This document shows positions 26,297 to 36,309 of a stretch of DNA of 64,000 bases, piece by piece. The first letter of the stretch is position 1, and each line of letters begins with the position of its first letter. The stretch is from a virus. The notes beneath the pieces are model-generated. The model did not search any database and had not been told where the DNA came from. It worked only from the letters and a program-made list of their open reading frames with translations. Location: IMG/VR virus record IMGVR_UViG_3300034073_000569, positions 63,625-127,624 of that record; one strand, 5' to 3'. A program made the translations under genes and the position numbers.

Positions 26297-26896
26297 TTAT
26301 GCAAGTAATGCGTGATATTCTTTAAAATGCTTAATACGATCTGGTAAACCAATTGTACCTCCGTTAACACGTTTAGTAATTTTAGTTACTACTTCAGCAC
26401 TAGATCCAGTATCAGCAATTAAATTAAGACCATTCTTTTTCCAGAACCAAGCAGCAGAAGCTAACGCATGCTTAGAAGACACTAAGTCAGGATTAGCAAG
26501 GATATCATCTTCTACAGCTAGATCAAATGCAGCATAGTTACTTTTACCAGTTAACTGAATGTAACCACGACCACGGAATTTAAATCCTTCACCAGTAGCT
26601 TCAGCTCCGTTACCCATACGATTTCCGTATACACGGTTAGCAATCTTTTCTGGTTTACGAGCATATGCATCAGCTAATGCTTGTGTAGGAAAGTATTTCT
26701 TAAAAATACCCATAAGTCCCTTAGCTGAATAGTTAAGGTTCTCTTGAGTTAATCTAAATCCGCCAGACTCATGACCACACTGAGCTAAGAAGTGAGCTAA
26801 TCGTAATGGTGTATTAACACCAAAGTTTTGCATTACGTTAGGGATTTGTGCAATTACAGTATCCGGAACGTGTCCTTTTAGTTTGTCTAAGTTCAT
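26297..26896 (-). CDS. endolysin, glycoside hydrolase family 19
   Basis: AHFLAQCGHESGG, ENLNYS, FRGRGYIQLTG, ITKRVNGG. Confidence 0.93.
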   Translation of the reverse strand: MNLDKLKGHVPDTVIAQIPNVMQNFGVNTPLRLAHFLAQCGHESGGFRLTQENLNYSAKGLMGIFKKYFPTQALADAYARKPEKIANRVYGNRMGNGAEATGEGFKFRGRGYIQLTGKSNYAAFDLAVEDDILANPDLVSSKHALASAAWFWKKNGLNLIADTGSSAEVVTKITKRVNGGTIGLPDRIKHFKEYHALLA

Positions 26897-26909
26897 ATAT
26901 GTTAATGTT

Positions 26910-27038
26910 TTACTTCTTCTTCTTAGTAGCAGTTTTAGCTACTTTCTTAACTTCTTTTTTGATCTCTGCAGCAGCTACAACTTTCTGCACTTTGTTACCA
27001 AATAAGAACTTCTTAACTAATTCAATAATTTTCTTCAT
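26910..27038 (-). CDS. cationic amphipathic peptide (42 aa)
   Basis: Not in ORF track. MKKIIELVKKFLFGNKVQKVVAAAEIKKEVKKVAKTATKKKK* fills the gap. Confidence 0.7.
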   Translation of the reverse strand: MKKIIELVKKFLFGNKVQKVVAAAEIKKEVKKVAKTATKKKK

Positions 27039-27039
27039 A

Positions 27040-27666
27040 CTATTTATTTTTTTTACCAATCTTCCAGTAAGTCTGGAAGCCATAAGAAATATTTCCGTTT
27101 ATATCTGATCCAGCTTTAAGTCCGTAGATCTTATCACCTTTAGTCTTTAGGATAAGTCCTGCTTCAGCAGAATGTAATCCTAATGTTTGTGTAGTATTTA
27201 CACCACCACCAACATATAACTGAGTTTTAGATGGAGCCTGATTAGTAATTGTTACTGTCTTAGTAACAAATGGTACCTTGTAGTTATACTTCCACGCTCT
27301 ACCTATAAGTTTATTCTCTCGTACAGAATCTGTAACAGAGACATAACCAAGAGTATCTAGTTTCACACTGTCTACATATATTGCTAAAGCAGTGTACATC
27401 TTAACTAAATTGTCAAACTGTATCTTTAGAGCAGCATAATTAGTATCAGCTAGATACTCAGTCTTACCTGCAATAAATAAACTATCATGAATAATCTTAG
27501 CCGGCAAAGGCTTAGAGTAAATTAAACTATCGTGAACTGACCACGTAGTATCGTGTACTACTAGTGTATCAGAAGTAGAATGACTACCTCCACCTACACA
27601 ACCCTTGTTCTGTAAAAGAACAAAGACTACTAATACACCTATAATAAAGAGATATACTTTATTCAT
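27040..27666 (-). CDS. spanin-like lysis protein (putative)
   Basis: Likely start MNKVYLF. N-terminal TM plus Cys, DT-rich stalk, C-terminal beta strands. Sits between holin and lysin. Confidence 0.6.
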   Translation of the reverse strand: MNKVYLFIIGVLVVFVLLQNKGCVGGGSHSTSDTLVVHDTTWSVHDSLIYSKPLPAKIIHDSLFIAGKTEYLADTNYAALKIQFDNLVKMYTALAIYVDSVKLDTLGYVSVTDSVRENKLIGRAWKYNYKVPFVTKTVTITNQAPSKTQLYVGGGVNTTQTLGLHSAEAGLILKTKGDKIYGLKAGSDINGNISYGFQTYWKIGKKNK

Positions 27667-27901
27667 CGGTTTTCTTTTTAAATGAGAACTTATCCCCTGT
27701 ATCCCCAAGCATAGCTGCAATGGTCATATACATAACACCTTCTACTAAAGCGTCTGAAGGTTTGATGTCACCATGACTAAATGAGTTAGCCGTAAGAGTA
27801 ATACATAAGAAAAGAGCACCCATGAAAGCTATCACAGGTTTGATAGAGATGGACTTACGTTCATCTTTAAATAAATCAATGACCCATTCTTTAAATGTCA
27901 T
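27659..27901 (-). CDS. holin (2 TM, putative)
   Basis: 80 aa, two TMs, basic C-tail, lysis context. Confidence 0.65.
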   Translation of the reverse strand: MTFKEWVIDLFKDERKSISIKPVIAFMGALFLCITLTANSFSHGDIKPSDALVEGVMYMTIAAMLGDTGDKFSFKKKTDE

Positions 27902-27904
27902 ATG

Positions 27905-28186
27905 TTAATATTTTACAGCTACTAATTTATTATCTGGTAAAACAGCTACAAGTTGTTGATAATCAACAGGTTCTCTTGTTGGAGCTATAGGGGCGTCAGC
28001 TGTTTTATACAACTGACGCTCTATGTTATCTATACGAGTTTTATCTATATTAGACTGAGCCATTAGTAACTTAACATCAGCTTTTATCTCATTGACATCA
28101 TTCCATATCAAAAGACTAACAAGTGATACTAAAGATGGAAATATCCACACCTTAAAAGCAGCTACAGAAGGATTTTCTCTAGTCAT
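27905..28186 (-). CDS. single-TM coiled-coil protein
   Basis: TM then heptad region. Confidence 0.7.
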   Translation of the reverse strand: MTRENPSVAAFKVWIFPSLVSLVSLLIWNDVNEIKADVKLLMAQSNIDKTRIDNIERQLYKTADAPIAPTREPVDYQQLVAVLPDNKLVAVKY

Positions 28187-28206
28187 TTATGAAGGATGTT
28201 ATAAGG

Positions 28207-29022
28207 TTAAACAAACACAGCGTTACAAGTATCATAAGCTACTGGTAAAACTCCAATATTCATATTTGATACACTGCCTGTAGCTGTAATGTACATAGCA
28301 CGTGATCCTGACCAATCTGGTAAAGTTTCATAGTATTTGCCAATAGTAAGAGGTAATGGAGACGCAACACCTATATTAGTTATAGTTGAAGGATTACCAC
28401 AGTCACCACTAGCAAACTCATCACCTATATAGTAATAAGAATAACAAGGAACTACAGAAGTTGCTTGCATCATACCGTTAATACCGGTTGCTGTACCTGC
28501 AGCAGACATAACAAATAATCTGCTTTCCCAGTATCCTAAAGTCTCGTTATACATAACAACTACCACATCACTGCCTGGGTTAGGCATGCCGTTGTTATTT
28601 ATTGGAGGTACAAAACCAAAACCTAGACCTTCAAAATCACCGGTAATAGATGTAGCTGTTCCTAACGTATTACCACCAACTAATGTAACATTAATATTAA
28701 GATCTGTCATAGCACATGACGGTGTACCCATCATTCCGCCTGGACCAATCTTAGCGTTAAATGTAGGAGCTAGAGTTTGTTGTAAACTTACGATACCAGT
28801 TTCAGTGTTAGGACCATAATGTACAAACAAACTGTTAGCTAAAATTTCACCTTTTTCATCCAAACGAACATAATACTTTAAACCACTTGGATGAGCTGGT
28901 AGTGTCATTTCTTTTGTAATTTCAATAATGTTACTTTGAGCAGGAACTTTATCTGCTGACATCATAACACCTGCTATAGGAAAGCCTAAAGCATCTTTTT
29001 GGGCGTAAAATTTCTTAGCCAT
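28207..29022 (-). CDS. hypothetical protein, possibly structural
   Basis: First gene of leftward operon, G/T/S-rich C-terminal part. Confidence 0.7.
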   Translation of the reverse strand: MAKKFYAQKDALGFPIAGVMMSADKVPAQSNIIEITKEMTLPAHPSGLKYYVRLDEKGEILANSLFVHYGPNTETGIVSLQQTLAPTFNAKIGPGGMMGTPSCAMTDLNINVTLVGGNTLGTATSITGDFEGLGFGFVPPINNNGMPNPGSDVVVVMYNETLGYWESRLFVMSAAGTATGINGMMQATSVVPCYSYYYIGDEFASGDCGNPSTITNIGVASPLPLTIGKYYETLPDWSGSRAMYITATGSVSNMNIGVLPVAYDTCNAVFV

Positions 29023-29079
29023 GATATATAATATTTTTTAGAATAAACTTGTAAGGTGTAAGGTTTCCATAAACCCTAC

Positions 29080-29094
29080 ATTATAATATACTAA
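29080..29094 (-). promoter_or_regulatory. putative phage (late) promoter motif
   Basis: TTAGTATATTATAAT on minus strand, same as 1735-1749. Confidence 0.55.
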
Positions 29095-29111
29095 ATATTC
29101 AGGAATTAACC

Positions 29112-29119
29112 TAGATTTG
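29112..29119 (+). promoter_or_regulatory. Bacteroidota -7 box
   Basis: TAGATTTG just upstream of the replication operon. No clear -33 box. Confidence 0.5.
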
Positions 29120-29141
29120 TTAACTAAACCAATAAACCGAT

Positions 29142-29648
29142 ATGGAAACATCTAGCTATGAAGCCAGACTTGAAACAAAGCTAATTACAGAGTTTAAAGA
29201 CTTATTTTATGAGAAATTGGGCTATTACCCAATTGTTTTAGCTAAAAACAGAGTACAAGAAAATGGAACTATACCTGTAATGAGCCTGGAAGGGCTAAAG
29301 AAAATGTTTGATCCTTTCTTACCATTTAAGTTTGATGGAGCTATTCCATTAGAATCTAAGATAAGAGAAAGAGATATAGTAGAGTTAAGAATAATCTACT
29401 GCTTTTTAGCTAGAGCAATGAAGTATAATCTAAAAGCTATTGGTAGAATATTAGGAAACAGAGATCATACTACTGTTATTTACAACGTAACTATGTTTAA
29501 TAACCTAATAGAAACCAACGAAAACTTTCGTGAAAAGTATTTTACCATCCTAAATTACATAAAAACACAACATGAGCCACCAACTATGGACCACCCTGAT
29601 CAAGTACAATACCAGCCCCAATCAGATTTACTTCCTGGATTGCTGTAG
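29142..29648 (+). CDS. DnaA C-terminal (domain IV) HTH protein
   Basis: IGRILGNRDHTTVIY, the DnaA-box-binding signature RDHTTV. Confidence 0.85.
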   Translation: METSSYEARLETKLITEFKDLFYEKLGYYPIVLAKNRVQENGTIPVMSLEGLKKMFDPFLPFKFDGAIPLESKIRERDIVELRIIYCFLARAMKYNLKAIGRILGNRDHTTVIYNVTMFNNLIETNENFREKYFTILNYIKTQHEPPTMDHPDQVQYQPQSDLLPGLL

Positions 29649-30198
29649 AAGTAGAATAAAGCCCACTGGAATTATTAATCCAGAAGCTGAAGCTAACATC
29701 TGTAGAGCTAAGGGATATATAAATGATCAAGGTCAGCTGACACAAAAAGCATTAATTATTCTAGATGAGTTTGAAACCTTCCTCATCAAAGCTAAAAAGA
29801 AGGTAGCCACAGAAGTACTAGGAGATAAATTTCTAGAGAAAATATCTTACTATAGAGAACTTTTCCCAGCTAAGTCATTACCATCAGGTTCTATGGCTAG
29901 ACAATCAGTAGAAGAACTAAAGAAGAAATTTATTATATTCTTTAAGACTTATCCCCAGTTTAACTGGACATTAGTTCATCTAGCAACTGACTACTATATC
30001 TTTGAGAAAGAAAAGAAAGGGTATCAGTTCATGATGAACAGCAGTTATTTTATACAAAAGACAGACAATGTAAGTAAGACCACTAAGTCAGAGCTTGCAG
30101 ACCACTGTCAGTTTTTATTAGATAACCCAGATATTTTAAAACCTGCGTTAGCAGATTATAAAAAGCAAAATGCAGACTGGTTTGAAGATAAAGTCTAA
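29572..30198 (+). CDS. putative replication protein
   Basis: YRELFPAK..SG..AR motif, upstream of DnaB. Confidence 0.65.
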   Translation: MSHQLWTTLIKYNTSPNQIYFLDCCRSRIKPTGIINPEAEANICRAKGYINDQGQLTQKALIILDEFETFLIKAKKKVATEVLGDKFLEKISYYRELFPAKSLPSGSMARQSVEELKKKFIIFFKTYPQFNWTLVHLATDYYIFEKEKKGYQFMMNSSYFIQKTDNVSKTTKSELADHCQFLLDNPDILKPALADYKKQNADWFEDKV

Positions 30199-30205
30199 GA
30201 AAAAT

Positions 30206-30236
30206 TTTGTTTTTTACAGAACTTATCCTATATTTG
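30206..30236 (+). promoter_or_regulatory. Bacteroidota sigma70-type promoter
   Basis: TTTG-N19-TATATTTG. Confidence 0.7.
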
Positions 30237-30257
30237 AACTACATAAAACAATCCAAC

Positions 30258-30482
30258 ATGAGTAACAAACCCCACAACCCAAAAGTTATTAAAGAGATAT
30301 TTGATTCTCTTCCTACACTAGATCCTTCAAGACCTGATCTACGTATTATAAACTATGATTTACTAGAAACTATTGTAGCCAAAGCTGAGCATGTAGCTTC
30401 CTTACAAGGATCGTTGCAAGCGTATGGTGAAGCTAATACAATTGTAAAAGATGTTCTAAGTAAATCATTTCCTAGTTTATAA
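30258..30482 (+). CDS. hypothetical protein
   Basis: Likely start MSNKPH at 30258, downstream of the promoter. Confidence 0.7.
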   Translation: MSNKPHNPKVIKEIFDSLPTLDPSRPDLRIINYDLLETIVAKAEHVASLQGSLQAYGEANTIVKDVLSKSFPSL

Positions 30483-30494
30483 TATCAACTCCTT

Positions 30495-31550
30495 ATGGAT
30501 CAGAATACAGAAAGACCCTTTGGTGCTATTACGCACGCTGAAGGATTACGCAAAGGTCTAAAATACATTAATGATAGACGTAAAGGACGTATCAAGTCCT
30601 TAAGAACACCTTGGGATGCTATTAACAATGCAACTATTGGTGGTATAGAGTGGGGAAGCCTAGTTACAATAGGTGCTCGTCCCGCTGCAGGTAAGACTAT
30701 GTTCATTAGTCATATCCTTAGAGAGTCTAAAAGACTTAATCCTGACCAAGACTTTTCTATCTTGGAGTTTCAATTTGAGATGGGTGATGAATCTTATGCA
30801 GCTAGAGAATATGCTGCACAAGTTGCTATGGATTATAACGTAGTGTTATCTTCTAAAAGACAGCTTGATGATTTTGCCTATGAGCAAATGGAAAACTATC
30901 TAAAAGAAGCAGAAGAGTTAGAGAAACAAGGTATTCAAAGGATACGTATTAAGAAGCCTCTTACTTCTGCAGATATGAAGAAAGCTATCCATCATTATTT
31001 TAATGAATTAGGTGGTAAACCTATGATTGTAACTATTGACCATAGCTGGCTTGTTAAAAAAGCTGCAGATGAGAGAGAGAAGTTACAGACTTTATACAAT
31101 ATAGCAGATATGCTTATAGATGTAAAGCGTGATCTACCTGTTATTGTAATTATTCTTACACAACTTAACCGTACTATGGAAGATGTATCACGCAGAACTC
31201 CAGGTACTATTGCTAACTATCCTAGTTCATCAGATATATTTGGTGGTGACGCTCTTATGCAAGGCTCAGACTTAGTCTTTGCTATTAGTAGACCGTTTAC
31301 TCTAAACATAGAAGATTATGGACCAGAACATTATAGAGCAGATAAAGAAAACGTATTCTTACATTTGTTAAAGCTACGTAACGGTGCAACAGATGAGAAT
31401 ATTATATTCTTACAGACTGACTTTAAAAGACAACGTATGATTGAGTCAGGTCCTCCAGCAATCATACAACAACAGCCTCAGACATGGGCACCAAGAGGAC
31501 CTAGAAATAACAGACAAGCACCTTCGGCTGATGTTGGCCAAGAATTATAA
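30495..31550 (+). CDS. dnaB: DnaB-like replicative helicase
   Basis: GARPAAGKT, QFEM, VTIDH, LTQLNR, KLRNG. Confidence 0.92.
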   Translation: MDQNTERPFGAITHAEGLRKGLKYINDRRKGRIKSLRTPWDAINNATIGGIEWGSLVTIGARPAAGKTMFISHILRESKRLNPDQDFSILEFQFEMGDESYAAREYAAQVAMDYNVVLSSKRQLDDFAYEQMENYLKEAEELEKQGIQRIRIKKPLTSADMKKAIHHYFNELGGKPMIVTIDHSWLVKKAADEREKLQTLYNIADMLIDVKRDLPVIVIILTQLNRTMEDVSRRTPGTIANYPSSSDIFGGDALMQGSDLVFAISRPFTLNIEDYGPEHYRADKENVFLHLLKLRNGATDENIIFLQTDFKRQRMIESGPPAIIQQQPQTWAPRGPRNNRQAPSADVGQEL

Positions 31551-31565
31551 ACAAAAACACACAGT

Positions 31566-32144
31566 ATGTCAAGTAACACACCACAAGTAACAGACGTCAA
31601 AGAGCTTAAGAAGCTTAAGCTTGAGACAATCAGAGATTTTCATCAGGATCTGATTGATGATTTAGGTATCTCACGCACAGATTTCAACATGAAGATGCCG
31701 TTCTATGACAAGCATGGTAGAATGGTAGTAGGTATTTTCTCTTCAGAGTTTAGAAAAGAAAAAGGTTTCTTCTTTGAGTTAATTACTAGAGACTTAAGTC
31801 CTGCAGATGCAGAACGTAAAGTTTATAGAGTACCGTTTAGCTCAGCTTTTGAAGAAGAGTATGAGCTTAATGAGAAAGGATCATACTTAGTCCCTTTAGA
31901 AGAGCTAAGAATTGTTAATCCTACATCAGTAGCTATTAAGAAAAGTGCAAACTTTGGTATGGAAGAAGAACAACCATTACCGTCTTCTTTACCTAAGCCT
32001 CCAATGCAAGCTTATAAAGCTCCTGCTACAATGGAAGATGCACCTTATAGTGAAATGACTATTAGAGATTACTATGCTATCCAAACAGGTAAGCCAGTAA
32101 GTTCTAAGACATGGCTAAATGAATTAATCAAATCTACAAAATAA
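31566..32144 (+). CDS. hypothetical protein
   Basis: C-terminal MTIRDYYAI motif. Confidence 0.8.
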   Translation: MSSNTPQVTDVKELKKLKLETIRDFHQDLIDDLGISRTDFNMKMPFYDKHGRMVVGIFSSEFRKEKGFFFELITRDLSPADAERKVYRVPFSSAFEEEYELNEKGSYLVPLEELRIVNPTSVAIKKSANFGMEEEQPLPSSLPKPPMQAYKAPATMEDAPYSEMTIRDYYAIQTGKPVSSKTWLNELIKSTK

Positions 32145-32147
32145 CAC

Positions 32148-32831
32148 ATGGCACAAGGAGTATTAATTATTGCAGAGTCTGGTTCTGGTAAATCAACATC
32201 TATTGAAAGTCTAGATCCAGCAGAAACGTTTATCATTAACGTTGCTAACAAAGCTCTACCGTTTAAAGGTTGGAGAAAGAAGTATGTTCTATGGAGTAAA
32301 GATAACCCTACAGGTAATCTATATTCTGCTAGCTCATCACAACAAATAGAAGCATGCATTAAGTATGTTTCAGAGAAACGTAAAGACATCAAGAACTTAG
32401 TTATTGATGACTTCCAGTACATGAGCTCATTTGAGTTCTTTGAAAGAGTAGACGAGAAGGGTTACGAAAAGTTTACCCAGATCGGTGCCAACCTAGCACG
32501 TATTGCACGTATGCCTAAAGATTTGAGAGATGATCTATTAGTTTTTATCTTGACCCATGCTGAAGAATCTACAGATATGGAAGGTAAAAAGAAATTTAAA
32601 GCTAAGACTATTGGTAAAATGGTTGATGAAAAGCTTACCTTAGAAGGATTATTTTCTATAGTTTTGTTTGGTAAAGTTAAGAAAGACAAAGACGGAGTCA
32701 TCAGATATGTGTTTGAAACATCTAACAATGGTGAGAACACATGTAAAGCACCAAGAGGTATGTTTGATGATTTTGAAATAGCTAACGACTTAGCTTTAGT
32801 AAGACAGAGTATTATAGATTACGAAAACTAG
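32148..32831 (+). CDS. Sak4/AAA_24-like P-loop ATPase
   Basis: AESGSGKST, LVIDDFQY, LTHAE. Confidence 0.85.
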   Translation: MAQGVLIIAESGSGKSTSIESLDPAETFIINVANKALPFKGWRKKYVLWSKDNPTGNLYSASSSQQIEACIKYVSEKRKDIKNLVIDDFQYMSSFEFFERVDEKGYEKFTQIGANLARIARMPKDLRDDLLVFILTHAEESTDMEGKKKFKAKTIGKMVDEKLTLEGLFSIVLFGKVKKDKDGVIRYVFETSNNGENTCKAPRGMFDDFEIANDLALVRQSIIDYEN

Positions 32832-32874
32832 TATTTTAATTTTTTTATTCACATAAGTTTAAATTTAACACAAC

Positions 32875-33486
32875 ATGTTTAGTACAAAAGGACAAGAAGT
32901 AAAAACAGGTGGAGGTACAGCTAAATCTCTACAAGCAGGAGTAGTTTATGCACACATTTACAGTGGGCAAGTAAGAACATCTAACAAAGGTGACAAGAAA
33001 ACCTTAGAGTTAGTATTAGAAGGCCCAGCATCTGAGGGCTTTGAAGGTTGGGCTATTGATAAGAATAACCCAGATGGACCAAAGTATACAGGACAATCTA
33101 GTCGTGTATCTGGAACTATCTGGACTGATCAGTTCAACGACAGTAATGTAACTAAGAATGAGATCATGTTTAAGCTAGCAGTTATTGCATCAGAGCTTGG
33201 ATTACGTGATCAAGTAGATAATATTTCTGCATCTAGTATTGAAGACTGGGTTGAGAAAGCAATCTACATCTTAAAAGGACACAATCTTTATTGGTTCTTA
33301 AAGGGTACAGAAGAGGAATATAATGGTAAGACTATCATTAAGTTATCTTTACCTAAGTACAAGTTTGTTTCTACAGAAGAAGCTAAGCTTGACAAATTTG
33401 ACAAGAATAACCAGTATCACTACAAGGCTTTACAAAATAAACCAGTAACTAGCTTTGAGCCAGTTAACAGTGATTTTGATATGTAA
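32875..33486 (+). CDS. putative single-stranded DNA-binding protein
   Basis: Between Sak4 and primase, beta-rich, acidic C-terminus SDFDM. Confidence 0.6.
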   Translation: MFSTKGQEVKTGGGTAKSLQAGVVYAHIYSGQVRTSNKGDKKTLELVLEGPASEGFEGWAIDKNNPDGPKYTGQSSRVSGTIWTDQFNDSNVTKNEIMFKLAVIASELGLRDQVDNISASSIEDWVEKAIYILKGHNLYWFLKGTEEEYNGKTIIKLSLPKYKFVSTEEAKLDKFDKNNQYHYKALQNKPVTSFEPVNSDFDM

Positions 33487-33496
33487 TTAGCTGCCC

Positions 33497-33537
33497 AGAA
33501 GAGTGGGGGAGAGGTATTGCTCCCCCTTCTTCATTTT
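33497..33537 (+). terminator. intrinsic terminator
   Basis: GGGGGAG...CTCCCCC stem followed by TTCTTCATTTT. Confidence 0.55.
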
Positions 33538-33548
33538 AAATCTACATC

Positions 33549-34553
33549 ATGTTTAAGATAAAGAATATGGTGCATGACATCAAGGATGTCCCAGCATCAT
33601 GGATATTTGAACATTTCTGCAAGCTTAGAGAGAAGCTTAATGGGCATGATATAAAGATTAAAAGTCTTTTTAATTCTAAAGAACGCACACCTAGTATGTG
33701 CATCTATTACGATCCTACAAAAGACACATATAAGTATAAAGACTTTTCTTCCGGCAACGGTGGGTCAGCCATAGATCTAGTTAAAGAAATAACAGGATTG
33801 TCTTATCACAAAGCATGTACTCTTGTAGTAGAGAATTATAATGATTTTGTACTCCACAATAATGGTGGGTACGATGTACAGAAATTTAAACAGGCGTCTA
33901 AGTATAAAGTTAGTCAGTTTGTTTTCAGATCTTGGACTACTCAGGACCAATACTTTTGGACACAGTTTAATATTGGCTCACGTCTTTTAGATGAGTATAA
34001 CGTAAGACCTCTTAGCAGTTATACTATGCATAAAGATACTGATGATGGACCCATTGATCTAACCATTACCGGTAACTATTTATATGGTTACTTTAAAAAT
34101 GATGGTACTCTGTACAAAATCTATCAGCCTAAAACACTAGATAAAAAGTTTATTAAAGTTCAAGACTATATCCAAGGTGTTGAGCAAGTAAAGAGTGCAC
34201 CTTATCTAGTTATAACGTCTTCACTAAAAGACGTAATGTCTTTAAAGAGTCTTAAGATTTCTACCTTGGATATCATTGCACCAGACTCTGAGAATACAAT
34301 TATCCGTAAAGAACTTATGGATCAATACATCAAGAAGTATAAGAAAGTGATTATACTATTTGACTATGATGAGCCCGGCATCAAAGCTATGGAAAGATAT
34401 AAAGAACTATATCCAGAAGTAGAATATGCTGCTCTACCAATGAGTAAAGATCCATCTGATTCTATTAAGGACTACGGTCCTAAAGAAGTGTATGTACGTT
34501 TAGTACCTATACTTAACAAAAGAATATTAAATGATCAAGAAGAAAACAACTAG
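33549..34553 (+). CDS. DNA primase (TOPRIM)
   Basis: ERTPS..YKDF, SLKDVM, LFDYDEPG, KDPSD. Confidence 0.88.
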   Translation: MFKIKNMVHDIKDVPASWIFEHFCKLREKLNGHDIKIKSLFNSKERTPSMCIYYDPTKDTYKYKDFSSGNGGSAIDLVKEITGLSYHKACTLVVENYNDFVLHNNGGYDVQKFKQASKYKVSQFVFRSWTTQDQYFWTQFNIGSRLLDEYNVRPLSSYTMHKDTDDGPIDLTITGNYLYGYFKNDGTLYKIYQPKTLDKKFIKVQDYIQGVEQVKSAPYLVITSSLKDVMSLKSLKISTLDIIAPDSENTIIRKELMDQYIKKYKKVIILFDYDEPGIKAMERYKELYPEVEYAALPMSKDPSDSIKDYGPKEVYVRLVPILNKRILNDQEENN

Positions 34554-34920
34554 ACGTACTGCATCTCCTAAGACTAGGAATGCAGGTACAATGACTGAAT
34601 CCGCATTTTGGAGTTTCATTAGAAGTACGTTACGTCAAAAATCAAGATGGTGGAAACCAATTACACAGTGTAAAATGGAATCTCGTAGACCATATAAAGG
34701 TCCGTTGAAGAGACAGAAGTTTGAATACCAGTGTAACTCTTGTAAAAAATGGTTTCCTGAAAAGAAAATTAATGTAGACCATATAGTTGGTGCAGGTAGT
34801 TTAAACTGTGCAGCAGATCTTCCTGGATTTGTAGAGAGATTATTCTGTGAACAAGATAATCTACAGGTACTCTGTGAGGTGTGCCATAATGAAAAAACAC
34901 AACTTGAAAAAAAAAAGTAA
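34531..34920 (+). CDS. HNH endonuclease
   Basis: CNSC..VDHI..NLQVLCEVCHNEKT. Confidence 0.85.
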   Translation: MIKKKTTRRTASPKTRNAGTMTESAFWSFIRSTLRQKSRWWKPITQCKMESRRPYKGPLKRQKFEYQCNSCKKWFPEKKINVDHIVGAGSLNCAADLPGFVERLFCEQDNLQVLCEVCHNEKTQLEKKK

Positions 34921-34921
34921 G

Positions 34922-35077
34922 ATGGAAGATCCTATTGTTGAAGCTGTTATAGAACAGATGAGAAAAGACTTTGAGATGGATGATGTAACAGCTATTTATG
35001 AACTGTTAGAACATCTACCAAAGAAAAACCTATTAGGCTATTTACCAGAAGAAATAGCAGAACAATTAGAAAAATAA
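34922..35077 (+). CDS. small hypothetical protein
   Basis: Likely start MEDPIVEAV. Confidence 0.65.
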   Translation: MEDPIVEAVIEQMRKDFEMDDVTAIYELLEHLPKKNLLGYLPEEIAEQLEK

Positions 35078-35082
35078 TAACT

Positions 35083-35250
35083 ATGGACCCAGTAAAAGCG
35101 GCATGTCCTACCAGTAATGCAGATTTACAAGGTAAGTATGATGAACTAGTTAAGTTTCTTGAGTATGAAGAAGCTATGACAGTAGATCCTACTACACAAA
35201 GACGCATTAGAACTAAGCTTGTAGAGCTTGGTGAATGGGAAGACAATTAG
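35083..35250 (+). CDS. small hypothetical protein (55 aa)
   Basis: Not in track. MDPVKAACPTSNADLQGKYDELVKFL...WEDN* fills the gap. Confidence 0.65.
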   Translation: MDPVKAACPTSNADLQGKYDELVKFLEYEEAMTVDPTTQRRIRTKLVELGEWEDN

Positions 35251-35268
35251 TATTAAAACAATTTAAGT

Positions 35269-36297
35269 ATGGAATTAGAAGAAATCATGCAGGAGTCTGC
35301 AGATATGTTAGAGAAAAGCTTTTATGAGAAGAAATTCTATTTTAGCTATAGTAGTTTAAACAAACTTATGTGGAACCCAGCTGTGTTTTATCAGTTGTAT
35401 GTTCTAGGTATGAAAGAAGAGCGTACTGATGCTCATTTAGTACAAGGTAAAATTGTACACGCACTTCTTTTAGAAGAAGATAAGTTCAATGATATGTTTA
35501 TTATTAGTCCTGCCAAGCTTCCAGGAGATTCAGTTAAAGTAGTTATTGATAGAGTGTATGCTCACCATGCAGAAATATCTAAGAACGGTGACACAAGAGA
35601 AAGATTAGAAGACTTTGATCAAGCTATTCTAGACGTAATGGTAGACATGAACTATCATCAGTCACTAAAGACAGATCAACAACGCTTGGATAAGATCTTA
35701 ACTCCAGACTCTATTACATACTGGGATTTCTTAAAGACTAAGGGTGATAAGATTCTTATTGATCAGCAGACATATGATTTCTGTAAAGGAGCAGTAGATT
35801 TAATCAAGACTAATAGTTCTTTATGTGAGCTAATTGGCTGTAACGTAACTGAATTTGACAATAAAGAAGTTTATAACGAGCTTGCTTTATCTGTAGAATA
35901 CAGTAATGCACCATTTGGTTTAAAAGGAATTATTGATAATCTTGTGATAGATCATGATAAAAAGATTATCTTTATAAATGATATCAAGACTACAAGTAAA
36001 GACTTAAAAGACTTTAAGGAAACTATTGAGTTTTACTCTTACTGGCTTCAAGCGGTAATATACTGCACTATGGTAGCTATTAAGTATCAACAACTTATGG
36101 AATCTGGATATGAACTTAAGTTTCATTTTGTAGTTATTGATAGAGCATTCCAAACCTATCCGTTTTATGTAACCGAACCAACATTAAAAGACTGGTTAAA
36201 CAGAATGGATAAAGTTTTAGCTGCAGCTAACTGGCATTATGTTAATAAAAGGTACGACCTACCTCATGATTTTGCAGTAGGTAACGTAGTTTTGTAA
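35269..36297 (+). CDS. PD-(D/E)XK exonuclease (RecB/RecE-like)
   Basis: SYSSLN, GKIVH, KGIIDNL..INDIKTT, YWLQAVIY. Confidence 0.88.
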   Translation: MELEEIMQESADMLEKSFYEKKFYFSYSSLNKLMWNPAVFYQLYVLGMKEERTDAHLVQGKIVHALLLEEDKFNDMFIISPAKLPGDSVKVVIDRVYAHHAEISKNGDTRERLEDFDQAILDVMVDMNYHQSLKTDQQRLDKILTPDSITYWDFLKTKGDKILIDQQTYDFCKGAVDLIKTNSSLCELIGCNVTEFDNKEVYNELALSVEYSNAPFGLKGIIDNLVIDHDKKIIFINDIKTTSKDLKDFKETIEFYSYWLQAVIYCTMVAIKYQQLMESGYELKFHFVVIDRAFQTYPFYVTEPTLKDWLNRMDKVLAAANWHYVNKRYDLPHDFAVGNVVL

Positions 36298-36309
36298 TCA
36301 AATTATAAA

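Noticed and set aside
26149-26370. 73-aa ORF in track
   Set aside because: Overlaps the endolysin. The 41-aa ORF 26159..26284 in another frame fits the gap with a proper leader.
32854-32870. TAAGTTTAAAYTTAACA shared with 1751-1767
   Set aside because: 16/17 match but almost entirely A/T, so chance similarity cannot be excluded by eye.
35269-36297. Cas4/CRISPR adaptation function
   Set aside because: No Fe-S cysteine cluster and no array. The context is replication/recombination.
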